Below, piece after piece: positions 1 to 9,516 of a stretch of DNA of 64,000 nt (its first letter is position 1; each line of letters begins with the position of its first letter). The translations under genes were made by a program, and so were the position numbers. The stretch is from Candidatus Omnitrophota bacterium (GTDB lineage: Bacteria > Omnitrophota > Gorgyraeia > Zapsychrales > JANLHA01), in NCBI GenBank assembly GCA_031423615.1, contig JANPFV010000015.1:14666-78665 (forward strand), in the 5' to 3' direction. Under the pieces are notes generated by a model. It saw nothing but the letters and a program-made list of their open reading frames with translations, ran no database searches and was not told where the DNA came from.

Positions 1-450
1 TTATCAGGAGCTACTAGTCCGGTTGCCGTTTATGTGGAAGAGATTCAAAAGGACAGTAGAGAATCGCTGGTAAATTCTGCGATTTTTGGGACGAGAGGAA
101 TTTTAGAGCAACTCGATGCTGTTTATGAAGATTGTTTTTTGCCTGGCTGGGATGGGAATGGCGCAAAGGCGATTTCGCATGACGTTTTGCGTAATGCCCG
201 TCATTTTTTGGGATCGCTTCCGTTTGGAATGGAATTGCCAGAGATTGGCGCGGAGCCCGACGGGGCGATTACCTTTGAGTGGTATCGTTCTCCCAAAAGG
301 ACATTATCTGTCAGCATTAATTCCGATGGTTATGTGTATTATGCTTCTTTAACGGGGACTAGTCGCAGGCATGGCGTCGATCCTGTGCAGGGAGGTATTT
401 CCAAAGATTTGATTGTGCTTATTAATCAAGTGTTAGGAATAAGGGTATAA
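1..450 (+). CDS. Hypothetical protein, probably 5'-truncated by the window edge; possible antitoxin-like partner of the next gene
   Basis: Frame is open from base 1 to the TAA ending at 450. Contains GWDG...PEIGAEPDGAITFEW; 3 nt before the next ORF. Confidence 0.65.
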   Translation, partial: LSGATSPVAVYVEEIQKDSRESLVNSAIFGTRGILEQLDAVYEDCFLPGWDGNGAKAISHDVLRNARHFLGSLPFGMELPEIGAEPDGAITFEWYRSPKRTLSVSINSDGYVYYASLTGTSRRHGVDPVQGGISKDLIVLINQVLGIRV

Positions 451-453
451 AGG

Positions 454-840
454 ATGCAAAGTGTTGTCTTGGACACTGAGTCGTTAGCGCGTTTTATTTT
501 GTTTGGCCGATGGATCCGGGCAGATGGTACGGTCAGGCAGGATGCATTTATTCCGGACGAGCGTTTGGAGTTGTCTGTCACCCGATGTTCAGGTGTTTCG
601 GACAGGGAAATTTGGAACATCGCGGAAGGAATTGCCAGGGTAAGTGGTCGTAATCTTCACGGAAGGGCGGATGTAGTTGTTGCGGTTGTCAGATCCAACA
701 ATCTTGATGTCAAATCGACTCCCCAGGATGGAAATCCACATCACGCGGATGTTGTCAATTGGCCTATCAGAAAAGATGAGCAGAAAATGGTAGCGATGGC
801 TTTAGCAGCCAGCTCACGGTTCCATCCTCCCGCCGTTTGA
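454..840 (+). CDS. Hypothetical protein, possible RES/ADP-ribosyltransferase-like fold
   Basis: 128 aa ORF; early Arg (ARFI), ELSV strand and PHHADV motif. The fold is inferred, not searched. Confidence 0.6.
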   Translation: MQSVVLDTESLARFILFGRWIRADGTVRQDAFIPDERLELSVTRCSGVSDREIWNIAEGIARVSGRNLHGRADVVVAVVRSNNLDVKSTPQDGNPHHADVVNWPIRKDEQKMVAMALAASSRFHPPAV

Positions 841-873
841 AAATCTTCTTTTAGGATCCTCACTGTTTAATTT

Positions 874-1326
874 ATGCAAAAAATAATGACCAGATGGAAT
901 TTATTGCAAGAATTAATGATGTCTAAAGAATCGTGGGAAGCAGTTGGTAAAGCCTGGCCGCTTTTTCTTTTTTTGATTTTTAATACCAATAAATCGAATA
1001 AGTTTATTACGAACTATGCGGAATTAAAAGAGAAGCTACACGAAAGTCCGAACACCATTAAAAACTGGCGTGAATATTTAGTTAAGAATAAGGTGGTTGA
1101 GGTTTTTAAGGGAAGCGCATCAATGAGTTTTATTTTCTTGCCTCCTTATGATTCGTTGGTCACTTGTGAGCAAGATGACTGGGCCGGAATAAAAATTAAA
1201 TCAGATCCTGGAATCAAAAAAATATTGGATAAAGTTTCAAAACGCGATAATATGTCTTTGCTTCCATTAATTGTGGAGCTTTACACCAAGATTGAAAAGC
1301 TTGAGAAGAAGACAAATTCAATGTAA
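874..1326 (+). CDS. Hypothetical protein with winged-HTH-like segment
   Basis: 150 aa, AT-rich; YAELKEKLHESPNTIKNWREYLVKNKVV resembles a wHTH. Confidence 0.6.
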   Translation: MQKIMTRWNLLQELMMSKESWEAVGKAWPLFLFLIFNTNKSNKFITNYAELKEKLHESPNTIKNWREYLVKNKVVEVFKGSASMSFIFLPPYDSLVTCEQDDWAGIKIKSDPGIKKILDKVSKRDNMSLLPLIVELYTKIEKLEKKTNSM

Positions 1327-1427
1327 GAGTCCTGAAAATTGAATTTACCAGACGGTAATAAATGAATGGTAATAAAACATTGGAACAGTTAATAAATACC
1401 AAACAGAGTCATTTCGATGAGAAATTT

Positions 1428-1499
1428 TGGTATGATAATGAATGGGGATACTCCAAGAAAGTGATCGATCTGATTTCTTACGTTGATTCTGTCAAGTAA
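1428..1499 (+). pseudogene. gap: Orphan 3' fragment of glyceraldehyde-3-phosphate dehydrogenase; probable displaced gene end (attR) of an integrated element
   Basis: Translates WYDNEWGYSKKVIDLISYVDSVK*, the signature C-terminus of GAPDH. No GAPDH-like sequence upstream; followed by a terminator. Confidence 0.8.
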
Positions 1500-1515
1500 A
1501 AGCGGGAACAAAGAT

Positions 1516-1553
1516 AAAATAACCAGTTATCGAAAGGTAGCTGGTTATTTTTT
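1516..1553 (+). terminator. Rho-independent terminator
   Basis: ATAACCAGTTATC-GAAA-GGTAGCTGGTTAT stem-loop followed by a T run. Confidence 0.85.
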
Positions 1554-1614
1554 ACAATTCTTTGACAATCATTTTACTTGTCTTTGACAACACTTTTTTT
1601 GTTCCTGTCATACT
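1551..1614 (+). promoter_or_regulatory. 11-bp periodic direct repeats (candidate OmpR/PhoB-type binding site) plus promoter
   Basis: TTTACA 1551, TTGACA 1562, TTTACT 1573, TTGACA 1584; TGtCATACT extended -10 at 1606-1614. Confidence 0.5.
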
Positions 1615-1660
1615 TTGATTGTGGCAAATCCAATCACCCACAACGAAAAGGAGACAGGAA

Positions 1661-2233
1661 ATGAAGAATCATTTAGTGGTCCCAGTTATTCTGTCAGTAC
1701 TGTTGTTTGTTGCAATGTTTTATGCCGGCTTGGCCTCTTCTTCCAGCGGCCGGGAAAAGATCTATAATCCTTTAATCGATTATCGAGGATTTAAAAAGCA
1801 GGTTTTAGGGGTCGAAAGTAGCAGAGAAAAAAACAAGCTCACTCTCGACGAATTCTTAAAAATTGCGAAACAAGCGGGGACCATCGTTCTCGATGCGCGC
1901 AGCAAGGATAAATTTGACATGAAACACATTGCCGGCGCAGTCCATTTGGCGTTCACCGATTTTACGCAGAAGACTTTGGCGCGAGTAATCCCGTCTAAGA
2001 ACACCAAAGTCTTAATCTATTGCAATAATAATTTTACCAATGATTCAGAAGAATTTATGACCAAGTCTGCCCCGACGGCATTGAATGTCCATACGACGGT
2101 TTCATTGGCAATATATGGTTATAAAAATGTCTCTGAGTTGGGTCCGGCGCTGGATGAAAACAATCCTAAATTAACGTTTGAATCTTCTCCTAAAGGGGAC
2201 GCTAGCATTACGGTCGAGAGTTCTGAAAGATAA
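1661..2233 (+). CDS. Exported/membrane-anchored rhodanese-like domain protein
   Basis: RBS AGGAGA then ATG 1661; hydrophobic N-terminus; VLDARS...HIAGA; LIYCNNNF loop. Confidence 0.8.
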   Translation: MKNHLVVPVILSVLLFVAMFYAGLASSSSGREKIYNPLIDYRGFKKQVLGVESSREKNKLTLDEFLKIAKQAGTIVLDARSKDKFDMKHIAGAVHLAFTDFTQKTLARVIPSKNTKVLIYCNNNFTNDSEEFMTKSAPTALNVHTTVSLAIYGYKNVSELGPALDENNPKLTFESSPKGDASITVESSER

Positions 2234-2270
2234 ATAATTTTGTAACTTTAAGAAGAGAGAATGTGGCATA

Positions 2271-3932
2271 ATGAAATCGTTTCTCTTTGGGAATCATTTT
2301 TTCGCCATGCCCATACTCTCTTCTGCCAGATTCGGCGTCGTTTTTATTTTGCTCATTATTGTTCCAGCAACCGTACTGTCTTTCTTTTCCCTTCATTCGC
2401 TGACGAAAGAATCGGCATACCTTGAACAGCAAGTCCAGTCTGGGTTGAAAGAGGAAGTTCGGCATGGGCATTCTTCCGTTAATCAGCTGCTTAAGCGGAT
2501 GCACCATGAATTGGACGGGTACTTTTCGGAGGAAGCCGGAGGGGAACATTTAAAGGAAAAATCGCCTTATGCTGGCATTATCTTTAAGTTGAGCAAGGAC
2601 CGCCAATTCCTTCTTCCTGATCCCGCTGCTTTGTCTTCCCCGGAGCAAGAATTTGTGTCCTCGACAAAGAATTTTTTTAATGATACGGTTCCTGTGCCCG
2701 TCTACTCCGGCCGCTATCAGGCCGATACCAGTCCCACCCAGGAAGCTTACAACGTGAATACTGACCCGCAGCCCAGCGGAAAGATTTTCTTTTCTCAAAT
2801 CATCGCCGGCCACACCAGCGGGACAATACCGTTGATTTTGAATGGCGAAAACCAGCTTTTGTTTTGGAAAGCTTGGAGTGATGGGCAGATCGTGGGATGC
2901 TTGATTGATAAGGGTCATTTTAAAAAAGAAATGAGTGATATTCTACCTCAGGCCGTGACGGAGTCCCGCATTTTGACGGTTCTTGATGACACCGCCCGGC
3001 CTATTGTTCTCGTCGATGGAATGGGATATAGGGATTGGCGGCAAACGTATCTTTCCAAAGAAATAAGCCGCGCCTTGCCCAATTGGAAAATTGCCGTTTA
3101 TTTGATAAATCCACAAGCCATATCCCTTCAGGCCAATCGCTTTTCAAAAATCATCCAGTTTATTATCCTCATGATGTTTTTAGTTATCGCTTTAGGCTGT
3201 TTGCTTGTTTATAATTTCTTGACTGAGAAAATGCGTCTCGCTCAACAAAGAATTGCCTTTGCGATCAATGTTTCTCATGAATTACGAACGCCATTGACTT
3301 CGATCCAAATGTTTGCTCAGATGCTTGTGGAGAAGAAAGGCGAGTCACACAAGAAGCAGGAACAATATTTGCAGTTTATTTTGTCGGAAACGGGGCGACT
3401 CAAACACTTAGTCAATCATCTGCTGGATTTTTCTTCTCTCGAGAATAAGCATCACCGTTATCAAAAGGAATCGATAGATATCATAAAGCTTTGCCGGGAT
3501 TTGGTTGAGTCGCAAAGGCTAAGATTAGAAACGCTCGGGTTTACTGTGCAATTTTATTCCGTGGCAGAGTCTGTTCTTGTTTGGGCAGATCAAGAGGCCA
3601 TAAAACAGTCTTTGTTGAATTTATTAACCAATGCCGAAAAATATTCCTTGGAACAAAAGGAAATGAGTTTATACATTCATGTTGTCGGGAAATTTGTTAT
3701 GATCGATGTGAAAGATGAAGGGGTTGGCATCACAAAGGAAGAACGGGAAAGAATTTTTGAAGAATTTTATCGTATTGACGCTCCGGTTAATACAAAAATA
3801 CAAGGCACGGGGCTGGGGCTTACCATGGCGCGAAAAATAATCCGCGACCATAAGGGAGATTTGCTTTGTCTCGCGGCGGTTAAAGGGGCCTTTTTTCGAA
3901 TTCAATTGCCAATCCAGAAATTTCTAAAATGA
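2271..3932 (+). CDS. Membrane sensor histidine kinase
   Basis: Two TM segments; SHELRTPLTSI H-box, NLLTNAEKY N-box, DEGVGI, GTGLGL. Confidence 0.92.
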   Translation: MKSFLFGNHFFAMPILSSARFGVVFILLIIVPATVLSFFSLHSLTKESAYLEQQVQSGLKEEVRHGHSSVNQLLKRMHHELDGYFSEEAGGEHLKEKSPYAGIIFKLSKDRQFLLPDPAALSSPEQEFVSSTKNFFNDTVPVPVYSGRYQADTSPTQEAYNVNTDPQPSGKIFFSQIIAGHTSGTIPLILNGENQLLFWKAWSDGQIVGCLIDKGHFKKEMSDILPQAVTESRILTVLDDTARPIVLVDGMGYRDWRQTYLSKEISRALPNWKIAVYLINPQAISLQANRFSKIIQFIILMMFLVIALGCLLVYNFLTEKMRLAQQRIAFAINVSHELRTPLTSIQMFAQMLVEKKGESHKKQEQYLQFILSETGRLKHLVNHLLDFSSLENKHHRYQKESIDIIKLCRDLVESQRLRLETLGFTVQFYSVAESVLVWADQEAIKQSLLNLLTNAEKYSLEQKEMSLYIHVVGKFVMIDVKDEGVGITKEERERIFEEFYRIDAPVNTKIQGTGLGLTMARKIIRDHKGDLLCLAAVKGAFFRIQLPIQKFLK

Positions 3933-4630
3933 AAAAATCAAAGATTCTTATTGTGGAAGATGACGTCGCTATATTAACCGGCCTGACCGATCTGTTAAGG
4001 GGCGAAGGTTTCGAAGTTTTTTCTGCCACCGACGGAAAGAAAGCCTTAAGCCTTTACAACCAAGAACACCCGGATGTGATGATTGTCGATATTATGATCC
4101 CTGAGAAAAATGGTTTAGAAGTTTGCAAGGAAATTCGCAAGGTAGACCCCGTGGTTTCCCTGTTGATATTGACCGCCAAAAACCAGGAAATTGATAAAGT
4201 TGTTGGTCTGCAATTGGGCGCAGATGATTACCTTGCAAAACCTTTTGGCATTCATGAATTATTAGCCAGAGTTCAAGCGCTATTAAGAAGAAAGCAAATT
4301 CGGCCGAATTTAATGAAAAATAAAGATCCCCTTACGTTTGGCCCTATTCGCATTGATGCCAGAAAGATGGAAGGTTATAAAGGGAAAAAGGTTTTTTCTC
4401 TTTCCGAGCGCGAAATCCAGCTTTTGCGACTATTTACGGCCCATGCGAATGAGGTCTTAGAAAGGGACATGATTTTAAATGTTGTTTGGGGAATTTCCTA
4501 CGTTGGGACAACGCGGACCTTAGACCAGCACATTGTCAAATTGAGGCAAAAGATTGAGGATGACCCTTCTTCTCCTAAATATATTAGGACCGTTCATGGT
4601 GTCGGTTACCGGTTCTGCCCGCCCACATGA
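3929..4630 (+). CDS. OmpR/PhoB-family response regulator
   Basis: ILIVEDD receiver, GADDYLAKPF, C-terminal wHTH RTLDQHI...TVHGVGY. Confidence 0.93.
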   Translation: MKKSKILIVEDDVAILTGLTDLLRGEGFEVFSATDGKKALSLYNQEHPDVMIVDIMIPEKNGLEVCKEIRKVDPVVSLLILTAKNQEIDKVVGLQLGADDYLAKPFGIHELLARVQALLRRKQIRPNLMKNKDPLTFGPIRIDARKMEGYKGKKVFSLSEREIQLLRLFTAHANEVLERDMILNVVWGISYVGTTRTLDQHIVKLRQKIEDDPSSPKYIRTVHGVGYRFCPPT

Positions 4631-5151
4631 GAAAATTGACCCATAAAGAAATTGTCAGCCGGCAGAATGAGTTGCAAAGAGAATCGGTTACCACGATTCC
4701 TTTGACTGTTGTGGTCAACAACATCCGCAGTTTACATAATGTCGGATCGATTTTCCGCACGGCCGACGGAGTCGGTGTAGAAAAGATTTGGCTTTGCGGC
4801 ATCACCGGTTATCCTCCCCATTCTCAGATTGCCAAGACGGCCCTCGGCGCGGAAACGCGCGTCAAGTGGGACCATGCCTATGACGCCCAAGATGTGATTG
4901 GTGATCTTAAGAAAAAAGGCTACCAGATTGTGCTGCTCGAGCAGACGGACAAAAGTATTTCTTATCATCGCTTTGTTCCCGCGTCTTTAGTTTGTTTAGT
5001 GGTCGGTAATGAAATCCAAGGCGTTTGCGATGAATTGGTCGCATTATCGGACGCGTCGGTTGAGATTGAAATGGCTGGCCACAAAAATTCTTTAAATGTC
5101 GGTGTGGCCTTTGGGATTGTCGCTTATCATTTTCGAAACTGTTTAAAGTGA
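4627..5151 (+). CDS. TrmH/SpoU-family RNA methyltransferase
   Basis: NIRSLHNVGSIFRTAD, VGNEIQG, SLNVGVA SPOUT motifs. Confidence 0.9.
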   Translation: MRKLTHKEIVSRQNELQRESVTTIPLTVVVNNIRSLHNVGSIFRTADGVGVEKIWLCGITGYPPHSQIAKTALGAETRVKWDHAYDAQDVIGDLKKKGYQIVLLEQTDKSISYHRFVPASLVCLVVGNEIQGVCDELVALSDASVEIEMAGHKNSLNVGVAFGIVAYHFRNCLK

Positions 5152-5528
5152 TTCTTAAAGAAAAGAATATTTGCGGCTGGGATGGGTCTCATTGCGAAAG
5201 TGGGGACGTCGCCGTCTAATCAGAAAAACTTGCCCAGCGCGTTAATCAGCCTTTTTATAACTCTTGCGAAATAGGAATTCTCTCGCTCCCTCTTACCCGG
5301 AATCCTGGACTGGCTTTATCTTAGGCCTCAGAATGGCCTTTGGCTCGGTTTCCCGCTGGAATTATTTCAGGTGATATTTTGTAAGAAAAGCGCCTGAGGG
5401 TTTTATTTTCCATAAATACTGTTATAATAATTTTGGATTTTTAATTTTTTAAGGAAAGAAATCTCGATCAATTCCGATTTTTATAAAATCAATCCTATTG
5501 GAAAGATGAAAAGGTTCTTTTGCCGCGC

Positions 5529-6533
5529 ATGAAATTTATTTTTTATTTATTTGCTGGCCTATGGATCTTGATGGTCGCAGGTTGTGAAACGCTTCCTCCC
5601 GCGCCCGGGGCTTCGCGCGACCTTAAAGTCCTCTGTGAGCAATATCATGTTCAATGGTATTTAGACAGCGTTTCTCAGGTTGTTAATTTACGGGCCGCTG
5701 GACGAGAAGCAAAGGCCTTGCTGGGCAGTAATGTGGTTATTGTCGACGGCGAGAAGGTCTTTTTGAGCGATTCTTTGAGCCGGGAACGCGGCACCGTGAT
5801 TGTTCCGCCGGATTTCTTAGCAAAAGTCATCTTGCGTATTGTCGGGACGGGTCCGAGTAGCAGGATGGGGTATCATATTGTGGTGGATGCCGGTCATGGG
5901 GGAAAAGATCCCGGTTGTAAGGGTCGCAGCGGAACAGAAGAAAAGGACATTGTTTTAGATATCGCTCGGCGCTTAAAACAGGACTTGCAAGCCAAGGGTT
6001 TTAAAGTGACAATGACCCGCGACCGCGATGTTTTCATTTCGCTGGAAGAACGGACCGAAATAGCGACACGCGCGAAAGCTGACCTTTTTGTCAGCATCCA
6101 TGCCAATTCCAGTCCTTCCCGGACCGTGGATGGAATTGAGGTGTATGCGTTGCGAGATCTTAATAGTCAGGAAAAGCATGATCCCCAGCGATTGAAGAAT
6201 CAGCGTTTGTTGTGCAAGAGTTTGACGATGAAAAGCGGAGACGGGAATCTGGAATCGATCGTGAGCGATATGCTTTACAATTATAAACTTTCAGAGTCTC
6301 AGCTTTTGGCGTCTTATGTGAACAAGGGAACGAGCCTCGGTGCAAAAGTCAACAGCCGCGGCGTTAAGCGCGCTGGTTTCCATGTTTTGCGCAACACATT
6401 GATTCCCGCGGTTCTGGTTGAGGTGGGATTTCTGACGAATTCCCAGGAGGAAGGGCAATTGCGTCAGCCAAACTACCGTCAAGAAATTGCGGATGGAGTG
6501 GCGTCCAGCCTGATCAGCTTTTCAGCGAAATAA
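5529..6533 (+). CDS. N-acetylmuramoyl-L-alanine amidase (Amidase_3), lipoprotein
   Basis: Lipobox VAGC; VDAGHGGKDPG, SIHANS, VLVEVGFLTN. Confidence 0.92.
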   Translation: MKFIFYLFAGLWILMVAGCETLPPAPGASRDLKVLCEQYHVQWYLDSVSQVVNLRAAGREAKALLGSNVVIVDGEKVFLSDSLSRERGTVIVPPDFLAKVILRIVGTGPSSRMGYHIVVDAGHGGKDPGCKGRSGTEEKDIVLDIARRLKQDLQAKGFKVTMTRDRDVFISLEERTEIATRAKADLFVSIHANSSPSRTVDGIEVYALRDLNSQEKHDPQRLKNQRLLCKSLTMKSGDGNLESIVSDMLYNYKLSESQLLASYVNKGTSLGAKVNSRGVKRAGFHVLRNTLIPAVLVEVGFLTNSQEEGQLRQPNYRQEIADGVASSLISFSAK

Positions 6534-6535
6534 GT

Positions 6536-7348
6536 ATGTTAAACACAAATCAAAGAAATCAACCTATCGGGGTATTTGATTCCGGACTCGGCGGATTGAC
6601 CGTCGTGAAAGCCTTGATGCGGCGTCTTCCGCATGAAGACATTGTTTATTTCGGCGATACCGCGCGTGTTCCTTACGGCACAAAATCCCGGGAGTCGATC
6701 ATTCGCTTTTCCAAGGAAAATGTTGCGTTCCTTTTAAAACAGCAGGTCAAAATGATTGTGGTGGCGTGTAATTCATCGTCGAGCCATGCTTTGGCCGCTT
6801 TGCATGAAACATTTGATTTACCGATTTTAGGCGTCATTGAACCGGGGTGCCGCGCTGCGGCTAAAGCGACCAAAAATAAAAAAGTCGGGATCATCGCCAC
6901 TCCCGCTACGATTAACAGTTATGCTTATCCACAGGAAATCGCGCGTTTGGATTCGACGATCAAGGTTTTGAGTCAGGCTTGTCCGCTTTTTGTTCCGCTG
7001 ATTGAAGAGGGCTGGTCCACAAAGCCGGTTACCGTTTCCGTCGCAAAGGAATATTTAAAGAAATTGTGTCATTCGCAAATCGATACGCTGATTTTAGGCT
7101 GTACGCATTATCCTTTGCTTAAAGCGACTCTGCGAAAAGTTTTGGGGAAAAAGGTAGGTCTGGTCGATTCCGCTGAAGAAGTCGTGCAAGATGTGCGCGA
7201 CACGCTAGAAAATAAAAACGCTTTCAATGTCCAGTCGGGGAAAGCCCGGTATAAATTCTTAGTCAGCGATGAGCCGGCCCATTTTCAAAAACTGGCGCGC
7301 CGTTTTTTAGGGTTCGACATCAAAGACGTGGAGCGGTGTCATGTTTGA
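6536..7348 (+). CDS. murI: Glutamate racemase
   Basis: FDSGLGGLTV, VACNS, ILGCTHYP. Confidence 0.96.
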   Translation: MLNTNQRNQPIGVFDSGLGGLTVVKALMRRLPHEDIVYFGDTARVPYGTKSRESIIRFSKENVAFLLKQQVKMIVVACNSSSSHALAALHETFDLPILGVIEPGCRAAAKATKNKKVGIIATPATINSYAYPQEIARLDSTIKVLSQACPLFVPLIEEGWSTKPVTVSVAKEYLKKLCHSQIDTLILGCTHYPLLKATLRKVLGKKVGLVDSAEEVVQDVRDTLENKNAFNVQSGKARYKFLVSDEPAHFQKLARRFLGFDIKDVERCHV

Positions 7349-7703
7349 ATTATCCATCACCGGTGATTTTGCATCCGCGCATTTTTTAAGGGATTATGAA
7401 GGTCCCTGTAAAAATCTGCACGGTCATAGTTGGAAAGTGGAAGTCACGATCCAGTCTGATAAGCTCAACACTATCGGGCTGGTGGTCGATTTTCGCGACA
7501 TGAAACAACGCCTCAAAGAAGTTCTTTTGCCCCTGGATCATATTTGCCTCAATGACCTGCCTTATTTTCAGAAAGTCAATCCCTCGACGGAAAATTTGGC
7601 GCAGTATATTTATCGGGAATTGGCCCGTGTGGTCCATCCTTTTGTTTTAAGGCGTGTCCGCGTTTGGGAAAGTGAAACTTCGAGTATAACCTATTTTGAA
7701 TGA
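7341..7703 (+). CDS. queD: 6-carboxy-5,6,7,8-tetrahydropterin synthase
   Basis: FASAHFL...CKNLHGHSW, NPSTENLA, VWESE. Confidence 0.93.
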   Translation: MFELSITGDFASAHFLRDYEGPCKNLHGHSWKVEVTIQSDKLNTIGLVVDFRDMKQRLKEVLLPLDHICLNDLPYFQKVNPSTENLAQYIYRELARVVHPFVLRRVRVWESETSSITYFE

Positions 7704-8353
7704 TGAAAAAAAAAGCTGTTGTCCTTTTATCCGGCGGTTTAGATTCCGCGACGACACTTTTTGCCAGCCAAGCGAAAGGTTATCAAACGTTCTGTCTGAT
7801 TTTTGACTATGGTCAGCGGCACCGCAAAGAAATCCTTTGCGCTAAAAAGTTGGCGCAAGCGACCCAAAGCGATTATAAAATTGTTAAAATTGGATTGCCG
7901 TGGGGAGGATCAGCCTTAACGGACAAAAAAATCGCTTTACCAAAAAATCGCAAGAATATTCCGAATGAAATTCCCGTCACCTATGTTCCGGCGAGGAATA
8001 TTATCTTTTTGAGTTTTGCCGCCTCTTATGCTGAAGCACTCGGAGCGCAAGCGATCTTTATCGGGGCCAATGCTGTGGATTATTCAGGTTATCCCGATTG
8101 CCGGCCGTCTTTTTATAAGGCCTTTGCCCGGGTTATGAAATGCGGTTTAAAGACGGGGGTTTCCGGGCAAGTGATCAAAATTCATACCCCTCTTATCCGT
8201 AAGACCAAGGCGGAAATTATTCGGATCGGCCGCAAACTCAACGTTCCTTATGATTTGACATGGTCATGCTACGCCGGCGGGAAAAATCCTTGCGGGGTAT
8301 GCGACAGTTGTCTTTTGCGTACCAAAGGTTTCCGCGAAGCCATAAATTCATAA
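7700..8353 (+). CDS. queC: 7-cyano-7-deazaguanine synthase
   Basis: SGGLDS, TYVPARN, YPDCR, TWSCY...CGVCDSC. Confidence 0.96.
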   Translation: MMKKKAVVLLSGGLDSATTLFASQAKGYQTFCLIFDYGQRHRKEILCAKKLAQATQSDYKIVKIGLPWGGSALTDKKIALPKNRKNIPNEIPVTYVPARNIIFLSFAASYAEALGAQAIFIGANAVDYSGYPDCRPSFYKAFARVMKCGLKTGVSGQVIKIHTPLIRKTKAEIIRIGRKLNVPYDLTWSCYAGGKNPCGVCDSCLLRTKGFREAINS

Positions 8354-8404
8354 TAAAATCCATACTGTTTTTAAAGACTATGTTTTGCTGCTAAAGGTTT
8401 TTCA

Positions 8405-9103
8405 ATGACGACCGCAAAAATCTCAGAAATTTTTCAATCCATTCAAGGCGAGGGCAAATATGCCGGCTTCCGCCAAGTCTTTGTGCGCTTTTTTGGTTGC
8501 CATATGCATTGCTCCTGGTGCGATACGCCCGAGTCCATTGGTGACACTACGCGCAATTATCACGAAATGACCTTGTCTGCGGTTTTTGCCAGGATTAAAG
8601 AACTTTGGCCGGATTGTCATTCGGTGAGTTTAACCGGAGGGGAACCGTTATTGCAGGCAGAATTTATAACCCAGCTTTTACCGCTTTTAAAAAAAGCCCG
8701 CATGCCGGTGCATTTGGAAACCAGCGGCGTTCTTTATAGGAATTTAGCACAAGTCATCAAGAATATCGATACCATCGCCATGGATATCAAGTTGCCAAGC
8801 TCGACGGGAGAACGGGCTTTTTGGAAAGAGCACGAGCAGTTTTTAAGGCTGGCCCGTAAGGGCAAAAAGGATGTTTTTGTTAAAGCCATTATCAGCCGTC
8901 ACACTTCCCCAAAAGATTTACTGCGAGCCGTCAAAATTTTAAAAGACGTGGATCCCAATATGCTTTTTATACTGCAACCCAATACGTTTGATTTGAATAA
9001 TGGGGTCGTACAAAAATGCCAAGATTTTCAGAGACGGTGTTTTAAAATTTTGCCCAACACGCGTGTGCTGCCGCAAATGCATAAATTTATGAAAATCCGC
9101 TAA
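8405..9103 (+). CDS. queE: 7-carboxy-7-deazaguanine synthase (radical SAM)
   Basis: EIFQSIQGEG, CHMHCSWCDT, TGGEP, PQMHK. Confidence 0.94.
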   Translation: MTTAKISEIFQSIQGEGKYAGFRQVFVRFFGCHMHCSWCDTPESIGDTTRNYHEMTLSAVFARIKELWPDCHSVSLTGGEPLLQAEFITQLLPLLKKARMPVHLETSGVLYRNLAQVIKNIDTIAMDIKLPSSTGERAFWKEHEQFLRLARKGKKDVFVKAIISRHTSPKDLLRAVKILKDVDPNMLFILQPNTFDLNNGVVQKCQDFQRRCFKILPNTRVLPQMHKFMKIR

Positions 9104-9114
9104 GGAGAGTTGCA

Positions 9115-9516
9115 ATGAAAAAAAATAAAAGTTCATACGAAGGATTGCAATCGCATGTGCGCGACTTGAAAACGCCTCCGATTGAGGTTTGGAAAAATCA
9201 GTATGCGAGCCGGGACTATACGGTGGAAATAGAAATTCCCGAGTTCACATGCATTTGCCCTAAAACCGGACTTCCGGATTTTGCCACGATCAAAATTGAT
9301 TACATCCCGGGGCAAACATGTCTAGAATTAAAGTCTTTGAAAATGTACATCGTTTTCTTTAGGGAGATTGGGATTTTTCATGAGCATTTAACAAACAAAG
9401 TTCTCGACGACATTGTTAAGGCTTGCGCTCCCCGGTGGGCCCGGGTCACGGCCGTGATGAACCCCCGCGGAGGCCTGGCGACAGCGGTCAGCGCGGAATA
9501 TGAAGGGAGGAAATAA
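9115..9516 (+). CDS. queF: NADPH-dependent preQ0 reductase (short type)
   Basis: [26 protein letters not shown]. Confidence 0.95.
   Translation: MKKNKSSYEGLQSHVRDLKTPPIEVWKNQYASRDYTVEIEIPEFTCICPKTGLPDFATIKIDYIPGQTCLELKSLKMYIVFFREIGIFHEHLTNKVLDDIVKACAPRWARVTAVMNPRGGLATAVSAEYEGRK

Noticed and set aside
5184-5220. c-di-GMP-I (GEMM) riboswitch
   Set aside because: GAAA...GGGACG is similar, but the GGCAAA and GCAAA elements are missing; kept only as an unexplained region.
7341-9516. 7-deazaguanine DNA-modification (dpd) system
   Set aside because: queF is present, no dpdA/TGT-like gene is nearby, and the genes sit in a housekeeping operon; ordinary queuosine precursor synthesis.
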